A DNA stretch of 64,000 nt from a virus (IMGVR_UViG_2585428000_000009:25030-89029); one strand, 5' to 3'. Positions 27,985 to 39,807 are shown, counted from the stretch's first letter. Numbers and translations are program-made. The notes: generated by a model from the sequence alone, not told the origin.

Positions 27985-28293
27985 TCACACCGCTAACGGC
28001 AAGAAGTCGGGGCGGTCTTCGTCGTCGCGGTCAGCGAACGGTTTGCCACCCCAGATGCCGGACACCCGGAACGGGCTCACTGCGGCGAGGGCGTCGTGGA
28101 GTTCGCGGCACTGTGCACGCAGCGGGCACGAGTAGCAGATACCGGTGGCTTTGAAGTGCCGGGCCTTCTGCTGGGCTTGTGTTTCGCAGTCGATGCGCCA
28201 GTCCCACATGGACGCGCGATGCGCGCGCATCCATTCTTGGTGTTGGGGTTCGCGGCATTTGGCGTCTGCCCACGGGTCGTCGCGCCGCTTCAC
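27985..28293 (-). CDS. WhiB-family transcription factor
   Basis: W..A.C...ICYSCP...QC...GIWGG. Confidence 0.85.
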   Translation of the reverse strand: MKRRDDPWADAKCREPQHQEWMRAHRASMWDWRIDCETQAQQKARHFKATGICYSCPLRAQCRELHDALAAVSPFRVSGIWGGKPFADRDDEDRPDFLPLAV

Positions 28294-31200
28294 GACGTCA
28301 CCGTGTCGTCGTCGCTGTTGGTGACGAGGCGCAGGTGACGCGCCTTCTCCCCCAGTTCGCCCCACACGTGGACGGCGTCGCCGATGAGGGTGCGCAGCTG
28401 GTCGCGGGTGATGAGTGCGTGGGTGACGCCGTGGCCGGGGAGGTCTATGACGAGCAGCGCTTCGTCATTGTGGCGTTGGATTCCGATGCTGGTGCCGGAG
28501 CGGCTGCGGATCACTGGTGGCTCGCTTTCGTGCAGGGGGGTGATGCTGTGGCCCGTGGTGGCGCTGCCCTTGAAGCGCCGGAACGGGCGGCGGTTAGGCG
28601 GCTTTCACGTAGGTGCGGCGCTTGTACGGCTTCCGCTTCCGTTTCCGCTTGCTGCTCTTGGCTTTTTCGCCGTCGATGACGCGTGCGACGAAGTTGTCCA
28701 ACGCGCGTTCTTCCTGCCGCTTCTTCCGGTCGATCTCACGCAGGGCACGTTCATGCTGAATGCGGTCGTCGACGGTCCGCTTGGCGGTGATGGCGTTGAG
28801 TGCCTTCACGTAGTCGGTGACGGCGGTATCGAGTTGGTTCTTCGGTGCCGTCCACAGGTGGTCGCTGAAGACCTCTATGGACCGGTACATGACGGATTCG
28901 TATCCGCCGTAGCTGCTCATGCCGCGACCGCCTCGTCGACGCGCTGGGCGAGCTGGTCGAGGGTCTTGGTCTGGTGGGTGACGATGATGTCTTCCAGCCA
29001 GTGCACGGCGTCGGTGTCCGTGGCGGCGAACAGCCCTTTGGCTTCTTCGTCCCACAAGCCGAGCAGGCGGGCGGCGACGGTTTCGATGTCTTCGACCGTG
29101 CCCGTGGCGGTGTTGAGGACTTCGATGCCGTCACGCAGACTGCCGGGCTCGCGGCGGAAGACGTACCCGCCTGCGAGCCGGACTGCCCAGCCTGCGATGC
29201 AGTTGCACCACGTGGACTGGTCGTGGGTGTCGGGGTGCCGCGTGATCTGGTCGAGGACACGGGCCATGAGGGGGATGTTGTGTTCCATTGGGGGTCACCA
29301 GGTTTCGGTGTTGAAGGGTCGTCTCAATAGGGCGTCAAGCCCAAGTCGCACAGAGGTGCCAGTCAGGCCCGGTCTCTGGGATGGGGATTTCTAGCAGCTC
29401 GCAGAAGCGGGCGAGCTGATCGGCCCAATCGGGAGAGACATCGAGGGGCTTCAGCGGTTGGGCACCTGAATCACAGCTCTGCACGGATGCTTTGATCCGC
29501 ACCGACCGGGCGTCGTATTCGTAGCCGTACAGGTCGATCTCCACGCCGATGCTCTTGACCAGCTCGCGCAGCTGATCACGGTTCGCCGACCATGCCCGGT
29601 ACTCCGGTGTCGCACGAAGCTCCTGACGCAATCGGTCGGGTTCGGCGGCTGGTATGCGCCAGTCGTCCAATGCCGCAGGCGCCAGCTCCTTGGGAAAGGG
29701 CACGTCGACCCACCCAAGGCGGCCCGCAAGTACCTCCTCCCAGTTCTCGCCGTCCTGCCACCACAGCGGCATCTGGTTGTCGTCGATGTCCTCGCCGTAT
29801 CCGAGGTCGAATCCCCAGAACACGTCAGCGCTCAGGCTCATCCCCATGAGCGGTCCTCTCGTTCGAATGTTGTTGTGCGGGTATTGCATTGGTAGGGGCG
29901 GGCGGTCCGGGCCGATGTCATCTCGGACCGCCTGCCCCTCCTTCGCGGCTGCCGTCAGCGCGTGTGCGTGTGGGTCGCTGCGGTCAGTCGGGAAGGTCTG
30001 GTGTGGTTCGGTCGACGGTCGCGGTGATGTCGAGTAGGTCGCGTTCGACCTGCTTGCTGTCGTGCGCGCGGGCGTATTCCTCGACGAGCCGCCGCAACTG
30101 CTGGTATTTCTGCCAGGTCTCGCGGTGCAGCTGCTCAAGCCGTTCGTGAGGGCTCATGTCGGCCCAGGGCTCCAGCGGATCAGGCGGCATCGCGCACCTC
30201 CACCCAGCCGTGTTCGTTGCGCCAGTAGCGGTCGACTTCGCTGGTGGTGTAGATGGCGGGGTTGTCGGGGTAGTCGTCGACGACGCAGTCTTCGGCGAAC
30301 CGGATGAACGTCGCGTCGGATGCGTTTCCGCCTTGCCGGAATCGGGTACCGTCAGGCACTTGGCTGGCGTAGTCCCAGCACCTCGCGGTCACGACAGCAC
30401 CTCAACGAAGCCGTCGGGCCAGTCGGAGTCGACGACGGCCGCTGAGTAAAGGTCGCCGCGAGTTCCGCTCGGCCAGATGACCCGGAACTCGTCGCCTTCA
30501 CGGAGGAACGACACCACTCCGGCCGCCACCTGTGGGCGGATGCGCACACCCTGGGGGACGTCGGCCGCCGACTGCCAAGTGCGTGGTCGAAGCGGACCCG
30601 ACAGCACTTCCACGAAGCCCTCCGGCCAAGCCTTAGTGACTGAATCCGGGCCGGTGAGACCGTCGTACCGTTCGCCGTACCACTGCTTCAAAGCACCGAT
30701 GTCGTAGACCTGCCATCGGAAAGAACTCGGTGTCCTGGTCGTGAAGACGACGTCATCGGGAATCTGCGACACAGTCTTCCACGTGCGCGGCACAGTAACG
30801 CCAGCGATCTCGGCTTCCATGATCGGTTCGTCGCCGACGATTCGCCGAAGCTCCGTTATCAGCGTCGGGATACTGATCGGGCCACCTGGGTCGTGCTGCT
30901 CGACTTCCTCGAGCAGGCCGATGATGCTACGCACGCGCGCGGCGAGAGGCGACGTGTCCGGTGTTGTGTCTTCGACGATGGGCGCGTCCACGATGCCGTC
31001 GTCGGCGAGGTCCCAGAGTTCGGTCGTGGTGATGGTCTGTACACGTACGCGGACGATCCGCGCGTTCTCCTCGAAGTAGGTCCGCAGCCCTAACGGGGAG
31101 ATGTCGGCGGCCAGGCGCTGAATGAGGAGGCGCGCGGAGTCCGGGTTCTCCCACAGGTACGCGTGACTTCCATCTGAGAGCTTCCCGGGTACACCGCCAT

Positions 31201-32775
31201 CGCTGTCCCATCCGTTCAAGTCGGCGGCGAGTTCGCCATTCGGGAGACGGATCGCGTAATGCTCTGTCACAGAGCGTGTCTCGGACATCGGTTAGTCCTC
31301 GCTGTCGCAGTTGTGGCCGTATACGACGGCGCGGGCGGCGGATTCACCGAACGGTCCGGTGCCCCACAGGTCGTAGGCCATGCCGGTGGTGAAGCCGCAC
31401 GGTTCGTGTGTGAGGTGGTGAATTTCGAACCAGCCGGGGGCGCGTTCGGCGGTCCAGTCGGAGGGGAGTCTCATCGATGGGTTCCTTCGTTGAGGCAGGA
31501 CTGCATGTAGGCGGTGAGGCCCTGGAAGCAGGTGGGGTCGTTGCGGCGCAGCCACTCGATGATGTGGAGGGTGAGGGTGCGCATAGAGTCGCGGTCGTGG
31601 TCGGCTTCCCATTCGATGAGGCGGGCGACGACTTCGCGGACGCCGGTCGCGGGGAGGTCGACGCGGAGTTTCGCGGCGCGGCCCCTCGCGTTGGTCGCTA
31701 CCCGGACTTGGCAGATGTCTCGGACGCGTCGACCGAAGCGGCGTTCGATGATGGGGTCGCCGATTTCGATGCTGTAGCCGTGCGGGTCGACGACGGGCGC
31801 GGCACCGTAGTAGACGACCTGGTCGACACCGTCCTCGCGAGTGATCATGCCGCACCTCGCTGAACATCCTTTTCGCGCGCCTCAGCGCTGCGCAGCATGC
31901 ATTGCGCGTGTTCCCAGCGCTTCCGCAAGGCGACGTACCTGGCGAGTCGGCCGTCTTCTCTGGCCTGAATACGCGCTGTCCGCTTACGCCCGAGGGCTAC
32001 GCCGCCCGCTGCCGCACGGTCCGAGATGAGGGGTTCCGTCAGCGGCGCCATCAAGCTCTCGAGACGCTGGATCTCGTTCCGCCAGTACGAGGCTGGCCGG
32101 TAATAGCGGGCTTTCCGTTCCCGTTCCGGTTTCGGCGCCTGCTCGGGCAGCTCGACCATGTCCTCGTCGCCGTCGCGAATGAACCATTCGAGGAGTGGCG
32201 GGAACCTGAGATTGGGTTTGGTCTGCGCGGCCGTCCATTCGTCGGCGCGCTGCTTCAGGACGAGCATGTATTCGTCGAGGGTCATGCGCTCGGTGCCGCT
32301 CATGCCGCCGCCTTCGATGCGGGGGCGGCGTAGATGCTCCACCAGTAGTTGATGGTGACGGTGGTGTCGTGGTCGGTGGACCGGTCGGCGCGGTCGAGGA
32401 TCGCGCGGACGCCTTCGCAGGCGCAGTCGCCGCACAGGCTGGTGTCGGTAGCTATCCAGCCCTCCCCCGGCTCGTTCACCGTGTATTCGATGTAGACGGC
32501 GGCGGGTTGGTCGCATTCGTCGCAGTGGCTGCCGCGGAACTGGTGGGCATCGCGGTCGATGGCGCCGGTGAAGTTCGGCGCCCATTCGGGGATGTTGAGG
32601 AGGCTGCGCACGGTGAGGGTTTCGGTGCTCATGCGGCGGCCTCCAGGTCGAAATCGTTGCTGGTGTATATGAATTCGCACACGGCGGTGGTGCATTCTTC
32701 GTGCCCGCAGAGGGTCTGGTCGGCGTCGATGGCGTCGCAGCGCGCCTCGTAGAGGGCGTCGTATCCGGGGTTCAT
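28290..32775 (-). other. Leftward run of about 12 small coupled hypothetical CDS (e.g. 28594-28920, 28917-29288, 29335-29847, 30180-30392, 30389-31288, 31471-31848, 31845-32303, 32300-32632)
   Basis: Abutting ORFs with ATGA/GTGA overlaps and globular composition. Confidence 0.75.
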
Positions 32776-32834
32776 GGGTGTCGCTTTCGGGTTGAACCGG
32801 TGCCAGCCGGTTTGTGATGACTCGAATCTATCTT

Positions 32835-32850
32835 GTTGATTCCCATCAAC
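32835..32850. promoter_or_regulatory. Operator GTTGAT-TCCC-ATCAAC over the probable leftward promoter
   Basis: Perfect palindrome; minus strand TTGTGT-N18-TAGATT overlaps it. Confidence 0.75.
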
Positions 32851-32938
32851 ACAAGAGGGGCACGATCCAGCGTGACCCAATCGTTACACCATCACTGAAC
32901 CGCCGACCGCCTGCCAATCAAGGGCATCGAACAGGCAG

Positions 32939-32987
32939 ATTCACTACAGTCAGCACTATTGATTCGCATCAACATTAGATGTAGTGT
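32939..32987 (+). promoter_or_regulatory. Rightward promoter (TTGATT-N17-TAGTGT) with tandem operators
   Basis: ATTCAC-TACA-GTCAGC (32939) and ATTGAT-TCGC-ATCAAC (32958); AGGAGGAG RBS downstream. Confidence 0.75.
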
Positions 32988-33026
32988 CGAACGCATCACC
33001 CCAACCCAGGCAAGGAGGAGACCCGG

Positions 33027-36000
33027 ATGTTCAACACGATCCAGCACACGGTCCCCCGCGACTTCCGGATGGACGCCGTCCGCGTCATCGAGACCTACGC
33101 CACGAACCGCGGGTGGGCCACGGTCGAAGCCTGGGACACGCCCGACGGGCGCCTGTTCTACGCCCTCGACGAGACCGACAACCTGCTCGCGCCCGCCACG
33201 CAGCGGAAGGTGAGCGCCATCCTCGCTGTCCGCCGGTACGTCGACGCTGGTGAGGAACCAGTGGGTGTCGGCTGGCACGGTCGCGTCTGCGATCGCGACA
33301 TCGACGACCTTCCCGAGGACTGACCAGCCGTCCCACCAGACCTACACCGACACGGAGAGATTCACGATGAACGCCACTAACACGGGCCTGCTCGAATGGA
33401 TCACGGCCGCGAAAGCGGAGCGACGCGCCTACCGGGCATGGCAGCGCGCTTTACCCCTCGCGCCGATCCGCCGTGGACCCGACCAGTACGCGCAGCCATG
33501 GGTTGGCGTTGTTGACCGCCTCCGCGCCGAACACGCCGCCGCTCGCGACGCGCTCCACGCTGCTGCCCGCGCTGCTCGCAACGTCACTCTCGACCCTGTC
33601 GACGAGTACGGCTGGCAGCGTATCCGCGTCGAAGGCATCGAATGCGGCGCGGCTTTGCGGGTTACGCCTAGCGGCTACGTCGTGCTCTCGAGCCGGAACG
33701 AAAAGTCCGTGCATCGGAATGTTGAGAGTGCGCTCGGTTCGTGGAACTTCGTCGGGATGCTCCTGGACTTCAACGCCTAGCCGTTTGCGTCGCGCCCGGA
33801 CTCCCGGGCGCGGTGTTGACCGCTAGATCGTGGGCCGGTTCAGGGCACAACGGCGTGCCCAGCAGGACAACGGCGTCCAGCGCCGAACCGGCCCACCCCA
33901 AACCCGATTCACCCCTCCGCAACCCTCCGATGTCCGGAAGGATCACCGCATGCCCCGCACTATCGACCACATCGTCGCGACACACCAGCTCGCCGCTGAT
34001 CGCCGCCGACAGGGCCGCCCGATCTGGGACGAGACCATCGACGTGTCGGACGTCTTCCACAACGAGGACATGTCGTTCGAGGAGATCCGTGACGTGGTCG
34101 TCGCCAAGATCAAGGCGTCACGTTGGTACCGCAAGGCCGATCCTCACGACTTCAACGGGGTCCGCGAGATCACCGACGACCATCTCGCGCACGCCGACGA
34201 CGTCGATGAGTTCGACGGCTGGTGGGACGAGCTGTACGACCTCGCCGATTACGCCCGCGTCTGGATCAAGACCGTATAGGACCTGGAATGACCGAACCCA
34301 CTGGCCTGGAATGGCTGGCCGAAGGCGCGACGGCCGCTTACATCTATGGCGGTGTCCACAATCAGCGGGTCAGTGACGCCGTCGTTCAGAAGATCGGCAA
34401 ACGCGACGTCGTCGTGGTCGTCAACGGCCGGACCGAGAAGTTCAACATCAATCGCACGTGGCGCCGGGGCGAATGGACACAACTGCGCCGAAGCGGCAAC
34501 TCGACCTGGGATGCCGGTGTCGAACTTGCTGCCGCCGACGATCCCGCGGTTGCCGAGCTGCGTACACGCCAGACCCGAGACGACGCGGCTTCCGACGTCG
34601 TTGCCGCGGCCGACCGGTTCCGAAGCAGCCGCGACGTCGAGAACGCGAAGAAGCTGCGTGCCGCCATTGATGCATTCCTGGACCTGCACGACCGCGATGA
34701 CGATGCCGGATCAGTCACCTGACCGCCCGGAGCTGGTTGCGTGGCGTCGCCGTCACGCATTGCGGAAGTCGAATGCCGCGCAGCCGATCCCGTCCGGGAA
34801 GCAGTACCAGAGGAACCAAAACACGAGCAGGAACGAGAACAACGCGATGGACGCTGACACCCTCGCACGGCTGATTGACCCGGACGCATGGCGGGCGCGG
34901 GAAGAGGACCAGCACACGATGGGCGCGCAATGGCAGCTTTACGAGCGGCGCTGCGAGTCCGCGAAGGCCGCCGAACGCATCCTCGACAGCGGGTACGCGG
35001 TCGTGAAGCTGCCGGACATGGTTGTCGACCAATCCGACACCCCGACCTGGCCGGTGCCGGACATCAGCCGTTGGACGGAGGTATTCATCCGGCACTCGGA
35101 CCGCCGCATCGCGATGGACGCGATGGCTACCCCGCTCGACCGGCCTGAGCATGCACTCGCCGTCGGCGCAGCATTGATCGCCGCGGCACAATACGTGCTG
35201 GCGGTCCGCGATGCATGACCCGGATGTGATGGGCGAGTTCGTAGCCGCGCGAGAGCAGTTGGCGCACGCTGCCCTCTGCTACGTGCAGGCGCAGATCGAT
35301 CCGCGTGAGCACGCGCATTCGGCCGCGCAGGTGGAATACACCGAGGAACTGATGTGCCTCGCGGCGCGGCGGCTGACGCAAGCCGTAGAAGCGTTGCCGG
35401 AAGACAAGCAACCGATCGGATGGGTTGCGGTCCGCGACGAAACTGAAGCACCAGCAAGAGCAGGAGAAGCGTGATGGCTGAACTGCGAGTGGTCGAGTCG
35501 CGGCACAGCACGTGGACCTATCACCTCAGCGACAGCGGCGACCTGGTCGCATTGTGTGGAGCGTTGACGATGAGCAGTCCGGCAACGCTCGAACATTGGG
35601 GCACAACCACTCTCGGCGAACGATACTGCTGGGCGTGTGAAGTGCTGGCGAGCAAAAACTTGGAGCAGGAACGAGAGAAGCGAGATGAGTAGATACCTGC
35701 CGTTGACGATGGTCGTCACGCCCACCACGACAGCGGAATGGGTGCTGGCTTTGCAGCGCGCACCAGTCGGCACAGTCGTGTCCGATCGCGACGGCGACAT
35801 CTGGACGAAGCGGCACGGCTACACCGAAGACGGTCTGACTTGGATACGCACGAATGGCGGCTGGTCCCGTCCAGAGGAGATGGTCCGGTATGTGCCGTTC
35901 TTCGAGATGGAGCGGCGCGATGCCTGAGCAGTGGCATTACGTCATCACGCTCACCTGGCGCACGGGCGTCAGAGGTGTGGAAACCTTCACGGTCGATGGC

Positions 36001-36141
36001 CTCCTCGAACAGGCAGGTGATTCACGAATGGAGGCGTTCCAGGCCATCCTGCGCTACGCCCGCGAGTTGAAGGGCATTCCGGAGTCCAGTGACTCCTATG
36101 TCGGGTTCTTCTCACTCGAACCGAACCGGCTGCCCTCGTGA
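33027..36141 (+). other. Rightward early operon of about 9 small hypothetical CDS (33027-33323, 33367-33780, 33950-34279, 34288-34722, 34703/34847-35218, 35211-35474, 35471-35692, 35685-35927, 35920-36141)
   Basis: RBS and overlaps; bracketed by a promoter and a terminator. Confidence 0.8.
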
Positions 36142-36158
36142 ACACTGCCGGACGTGGC

Positions 36159-36191
36159 GAAGCCCCAGCCTGAAGGGGTCGCTGGGGCTTC
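36159..36191 (+). terminator. Terminator of rightward operon
   Basis: GAAGCCCCAGC...GCTGGGGCTTC 11-bp stem. Confidence 0.7.
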
Positions 36192-36402
36192 TCGGTCAAG
36201 TATGCGCCGCAGGGTTGCTGATGTCACCGGGCAACGCGAAGCCCTGACGTACAGGGGATTCCACGCCAGGGCTTCACGCCCTGTATGTCGGCTACGTCCG
36301 TCGTTCGTTACGTCGGTGTGCCGACACTCGAAAATCAACTGCGCGCTGCCCGACCGTGTGCCGTAGTCTGTCCTGTTCTGCTCACCTGACGACAGGAAAG
36401 CG

Positions 36403-37890
36403 ATGCTCTACTACCGAGAGCTGATGACCGACGACCCCAAACGCTGTGCCGCGCACCAGAACGGCGAGTTCACCGGCGGCTACCTGTACGGCCCCAGCCC
36501 CCGCAGCCGATTGCTGCGAGTATTACTCGACCTCGACAGCCTGAAGGATCTGCGCGGCACGCCACAGTGGAAGCAGTTCGAGCAGCTATGCGGATATGAC
36601 CTCGTAGTCGTTTGGAAGATCTCACTGTCCAGAATGGAGCCCCCGCCTCCCCATCCGGAAGCTGGAACGCTCTACCTATACGACACCACGGAGGCCAAAG
36701 GACCGTTCGGACTCTATGGCGCCCAATACAGCTGGCACCTAGGGGATCGCGGTGGGGTCGTGAGCCCCAGCACCCGCGAGGAGCAGGCTTTCGTTCACCA
36801 CATTGACAGTGGGGGCGAGATCGGAACGGGAATTTCTGCGCCCGATGTCCAGCGAGCTGTGCTGCTCTCGGAAACTGCTCGCGCAGTGGGCGCCGACATT
36901 GTGGTGTCGGCGTTGCCGACCGTCGGCAGAACAGACGTCGCAGCGAACTACGCTGCGAATTTCTTCACACCGGCAGACATCCCGCCGATTGTCTGCCACT
37001 ACCTCCGAACACAGCATGTATACCCGCTTCCCGGAAGTCGCGCGACAACGAGTCGGCAAAACTTCTATGAGATGGCTCTTGGAGCCACCGCTTCCGGCGT
37101 GTTCGACTGGCATGAGAAGTGCAGAAGAGACTTTTGTCAGGCGCCATCGAGAGCGGATGGTTCCATCCACCTCGATTCGAGCACCGAAATGATAATACGC
37201 TTGGTCCGGGCGCTGAAGACTTGGGATGAACTACTCTTCCTGGTCGGCGGCCCGCCGAGCAACGAGTCGTCCGACGACACCGCAGATGCCCTCGACCACA
37301 TACTCCTGATGCTCTGCGGCGCCGTCGATGTACTCGCTCGGTCGCTGCACAAAGCCCTTGATCTCGCAGGCAAGCCGAGCAGTGCCAAGCTCCATATTCG
37401 AGAATGGTATGACAACAAGTTCCGACCACACTTTGAGGCCCACAACGAAATTCATCGCCTCGACGCACTACAAGAATCAGTGCAAGTTGTCTTCGATCTT
37501 CGCAACACTATTCACAATCTTGCCCTCAAAGCGGTTGGTGGGTTCATTGTCCCGAACCCCTTCGTAGGAGCAGAGAAGGGACGACGAACGTTACTCATTC
37601 CTCCCGATTCTGGAGAGAAATTGCGCAATCTTGATACAGCCAGTCAGCGGAGGTGGGGTCTGCTAACAAGCGGCCAACTCACATCCGCCGACCTCGCGCA
37701 GTTGACCGCAATGTCGATCAGCAGCGTATGCGCGTTTCTCGGCCAGATCTGCCGTATTCTTGCCTCAACTGACGTCCAGGACAAAGACACCGTCTTGGAA
37801 GGCACAGCGTCCTGGCCCAACCCGGTGGTGAACCAGAGAAGCATTGAGATCATCGGCAGCTGGGTAGCACTACCCGACCCGCTGGCGTAA
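36403..37890 (+). CDS. Putative defence protein: PIN-like N-terminal part + HEPN-like C-terminal domain
   Basis: RVLLDLDS...ADIVVS (PIN-like); DHILL.L.GA.D.LAR...DLRNTIHN (HEPN-like); visibly lower GC; own terminator. Confidence 0.6.
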   Translation: MLYYRELMTDDPKRCAAHQNGEFTGGYLYGPSPRSRLLRVLLDLDSLKDLRGTPQWKQFEQLCGYDLVVVWKISLSRMEPPPPHPEAGTLYLYDTTEAKGPFGLYGAQYSWHLGDRGGVVSPSTREEQAFVHHIDSGGEIGTGISAPDVQRAVLLSETARAVGADIVVSALPTVGRTDVAANYAANFFTPADIPPIVCHYLRTQHVYPLPGSRATTSRQNFYEMALGATASGVFDWHEKCRRDFCQAPSRADGSIHLDSSTEMIIRLVRALKTWDELLFLVGGPPSNESSDDTADALDHILLMLCGAVDVLARSLHKALDLAGKPSSAKLHIREWYDNKFRPHFEAHNEIHRLDALQESVQVVFDLRNTIHNLALKAVGGFIVPNPFVGAEKGRRTLLIPPDSGEKLRNLDTASQRRWGLLTSGQLTSADLAQLTAMSISSVCAFLGQICRILASTDVQDKDTVLEGTASWPNPVVNQRSIEIIGSWVALPDPLA

Positions 37891-37895
37891 CCAAT

Positions 37896-37931
37896 CGAGC
37901 CCCGTACCGGTGTGAGTCGGCGCGGGGCTCG
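37896..37931 (+). terminator. Terminator
   Basis: CGAGCCCCG...CGGGGCTCG stem just after the stop. Confidence 0.65.
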
Positions 37932-38030
37932 TTCGGGGGTAGTCGGACCGTGCTGATCGCATCAGCGTGGTTGACGCTCGAACCTTACAAGATGGTGCTG
38001 TCGGGGCGCTGACTGCTCTTCCCATCCACG

Positions 38031-38074
38031 ATGTAAACCCTAGGGTTGACATGCGGCTGATTCGGGCGCACACT
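38031..38074 (+). promoter_or_regulatory. Promoter TTGACA-N17-CACACT with 22-bp palindrome over the -35
   Basis: ATGTAAACCCTAGGGTTGACAT (1 mismatched pair). Confidence 0.75.
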
Positions 38075-38109
38075 GAAACCACCAGCCCAACAAGCGAAAG
38101 CAGACTCCG

Positions 38110-38292
38110 ATGCTCACCAACCTCGACGCCCGCGACGCCATCATCACCGCCATCGAAGCCGGGGACGCCTCCCGCGACGACTTCAACATCGACGCCATCG
38201 TCGACGACATCTACGCCGCCACCGGCGACTACAACACCGAGGACGTCGAGCCGGCCGAATTCTGGACCATCGTCGAGCGCCACGCCCTGTGA
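38110..38292 (+). CDS. Small acidic protein
   Basis: GAAAG RBS; 15 D/E versus 3 R in 60 aa. Confidence 0.8.
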   Translation: MLTNLDARDAIITAIEAGDASRDDFNIDAIVDDIYAATGDYNTEDVEPAEFWTIVERHAL

Positions 38293-39068
38293 CCACCTGC
38301 GCGGCAACCGACAAGGGCTGCGGCACGACATCAGGATGGCGGCGCGGCGGACGGTGCGCTGCTTGCCGGGCCGCCCACACCGCCCAAACAAACCACTGGC
38401 GCGGCGTCGGAGAGCTGTCCAGCGATGACCGCCTGGTGGTGCTGACCGCGCTCCGCGAAGGTAACTCAGTCGATGAAGCCGCTGAACTGATCGGCCGTAC
38501 CGCTGCCGGACTGCACAGTCGCGCCCGCTCCGACTCCGAACTGCGCCTGGCACTCGCCGGAGCCGACGTCCACCACCAGCACACCGCCCGCATGGGTGAC
38601 TACCTCGCCGCGCTTACCCGCCACCAGGGCGACACCGTCCGTGCCGGGGCAGAGATCGGCGCCACCGACATGCTCGATCGGTGGCGCAGCGACCCAGCAT
38701 TCGCCACCGCCGAAAAGGCTGTGATGACCCTCGCGACTTCTGCGTCGACTCGACGAGTTCGCCTGGACCAGGTAGCCGACAGGATCAAGGCCATGTGGGA
38801 AGCGGGCTACACCACCGCACAGATCGCCGACGACATCGGGGCGCCCATCGGCACCGTCAGCACGTGGGTACGGCGGCTGGCCCTGCCGAAACGGCATCCC
38901 GGTACCCGCGGCTCCCAACTAGAGGAGTTGGAGCCGCTCATCCGTCAGGCGTGGTCGGCCGGGCTGACCCATCGACAGATCGCCGCGATCTTCGACGTTA
39001 CGGTGGGCACGGTCGGGAGTTGGGTCCGCACGCTGCACCTTCCCCGACGACGAGAGAAGCAACAATGA
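38289..39068 (+). CDS. Zn-finger + multi-HTH DNA-binding protein
   Basis: CxCxxC-like N-terminus; three HTH-like units (G.T..QIA...G...GTV..WVR twice). Confidence 0.8.
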   Translation: MTTCAATDKGCGTTSGWRRGGRCAACRAAHTAQTNHWRGVGELSSDDRLVVLTALREGNSVDEAAELIGRTAAGLHSRARSDSELRLALAGADVHHQHTARMGDYLAALTRHQGDTVRAGAEIGATDMLDRWRSDPAFATAEKAVMTLATSASTRRVRLDQVADRIKAMWEAGYTTAQIADDIGAPIGTVSTWVRRLALPKRHPGTRGSQLEELEPLIRQAWSAGLTHRQIAAIFDVTVGTVGSWVRTLHLPRRREKQQ

Positions 39069-39412
39069 GCCATGACCCCCTGAACGCTGTCATAGACGGT
39101 GAGGTCACCCCACCGTCAGCATGGGAATCCCTAGCGCAGCAGGCCCGGTGGCTGGCAGAGGTCGCCGACCGATACGCACGCACGGACCCGAAAGAACTCG
39201 CCCCGTCAGGCAGCGACGACGACCCTCATGACCCGCTCGCGGAGATGGATGCGCGCGCACTCGCGATCCGTGGCGCCGTCGCAGCATGCCGACGCAGCAC
39301 ATGGCAGGCACTAGCCGATAGCGGCCTCACCGCGGCGGAGATCGGCCGGCTATGGGGTGTCTCCCGCCAGGCCGTCAGTCAAGCCCTCGTGCGTCCGAAC
39401 CGTCCGCGCTGA
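39065..39412 (+). CDS. HTH DNA-binding protein
   Basis: GLTAAEIGRLWGVSRQAVSQ; ATGA coupling. Confidence 0.8.
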   Translation: MSHDPLNAVIDGEVTPPSAWESLAQQARWLAEVADRYARTDPKELAPSGSDDDPHDPLAEMDARALAIRGAVAACRRSTWQALADSGLTAAEIGRLWGVSRQAVSQALVRPNRPR

Positions 39413-39666
39413 GCGGCGGAGCCCCAGCATTCTGGGGTCGCCGCCGCGGTAGGTGATCTCTCGCCACAGCAGATACCTGATCCACGCCAAATCCAACTGG
39501 ATGCTCGAATCGTCTGGGTCGTAGCCCATGTCGCGCAGCTCACGGCGACGGTGTTGGTCCATGCCCGTTTGGACGCGGCACCTCGGGACCGGGTTCCGCT
39601 GTTGGCCGTCGCGCACCGCGAGTGCGCCTTCGGTGACGTGTCACCTTCGCTGGCTACTATCTCGCT

Positions 39667-39807
39667 GTGGCCGATGATGACGCGAGACTATGCACCAAGT
39701 GCGGCGCCAGGCTGGACGCCGACCGGTGGATGCTGTGCCCTGACTGCCAGGCGAAGATCGAGGCGTACAACCGCGAACACTGGAGCGGGACGCTCAACCA
39801 GGAATAG
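39667..39807 (+). CDS. 46-aa Zn-ribbon protein, probably leaderless
   Basis: CTKC...LCPDC; GTG lies 6 nt after TACTAT; not in the ORF track. Confidence 0.6.
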   Translation: MADDDARLCTKCGARLDADRWMLCPDCQAKIEAYNREHWSGTLNQE

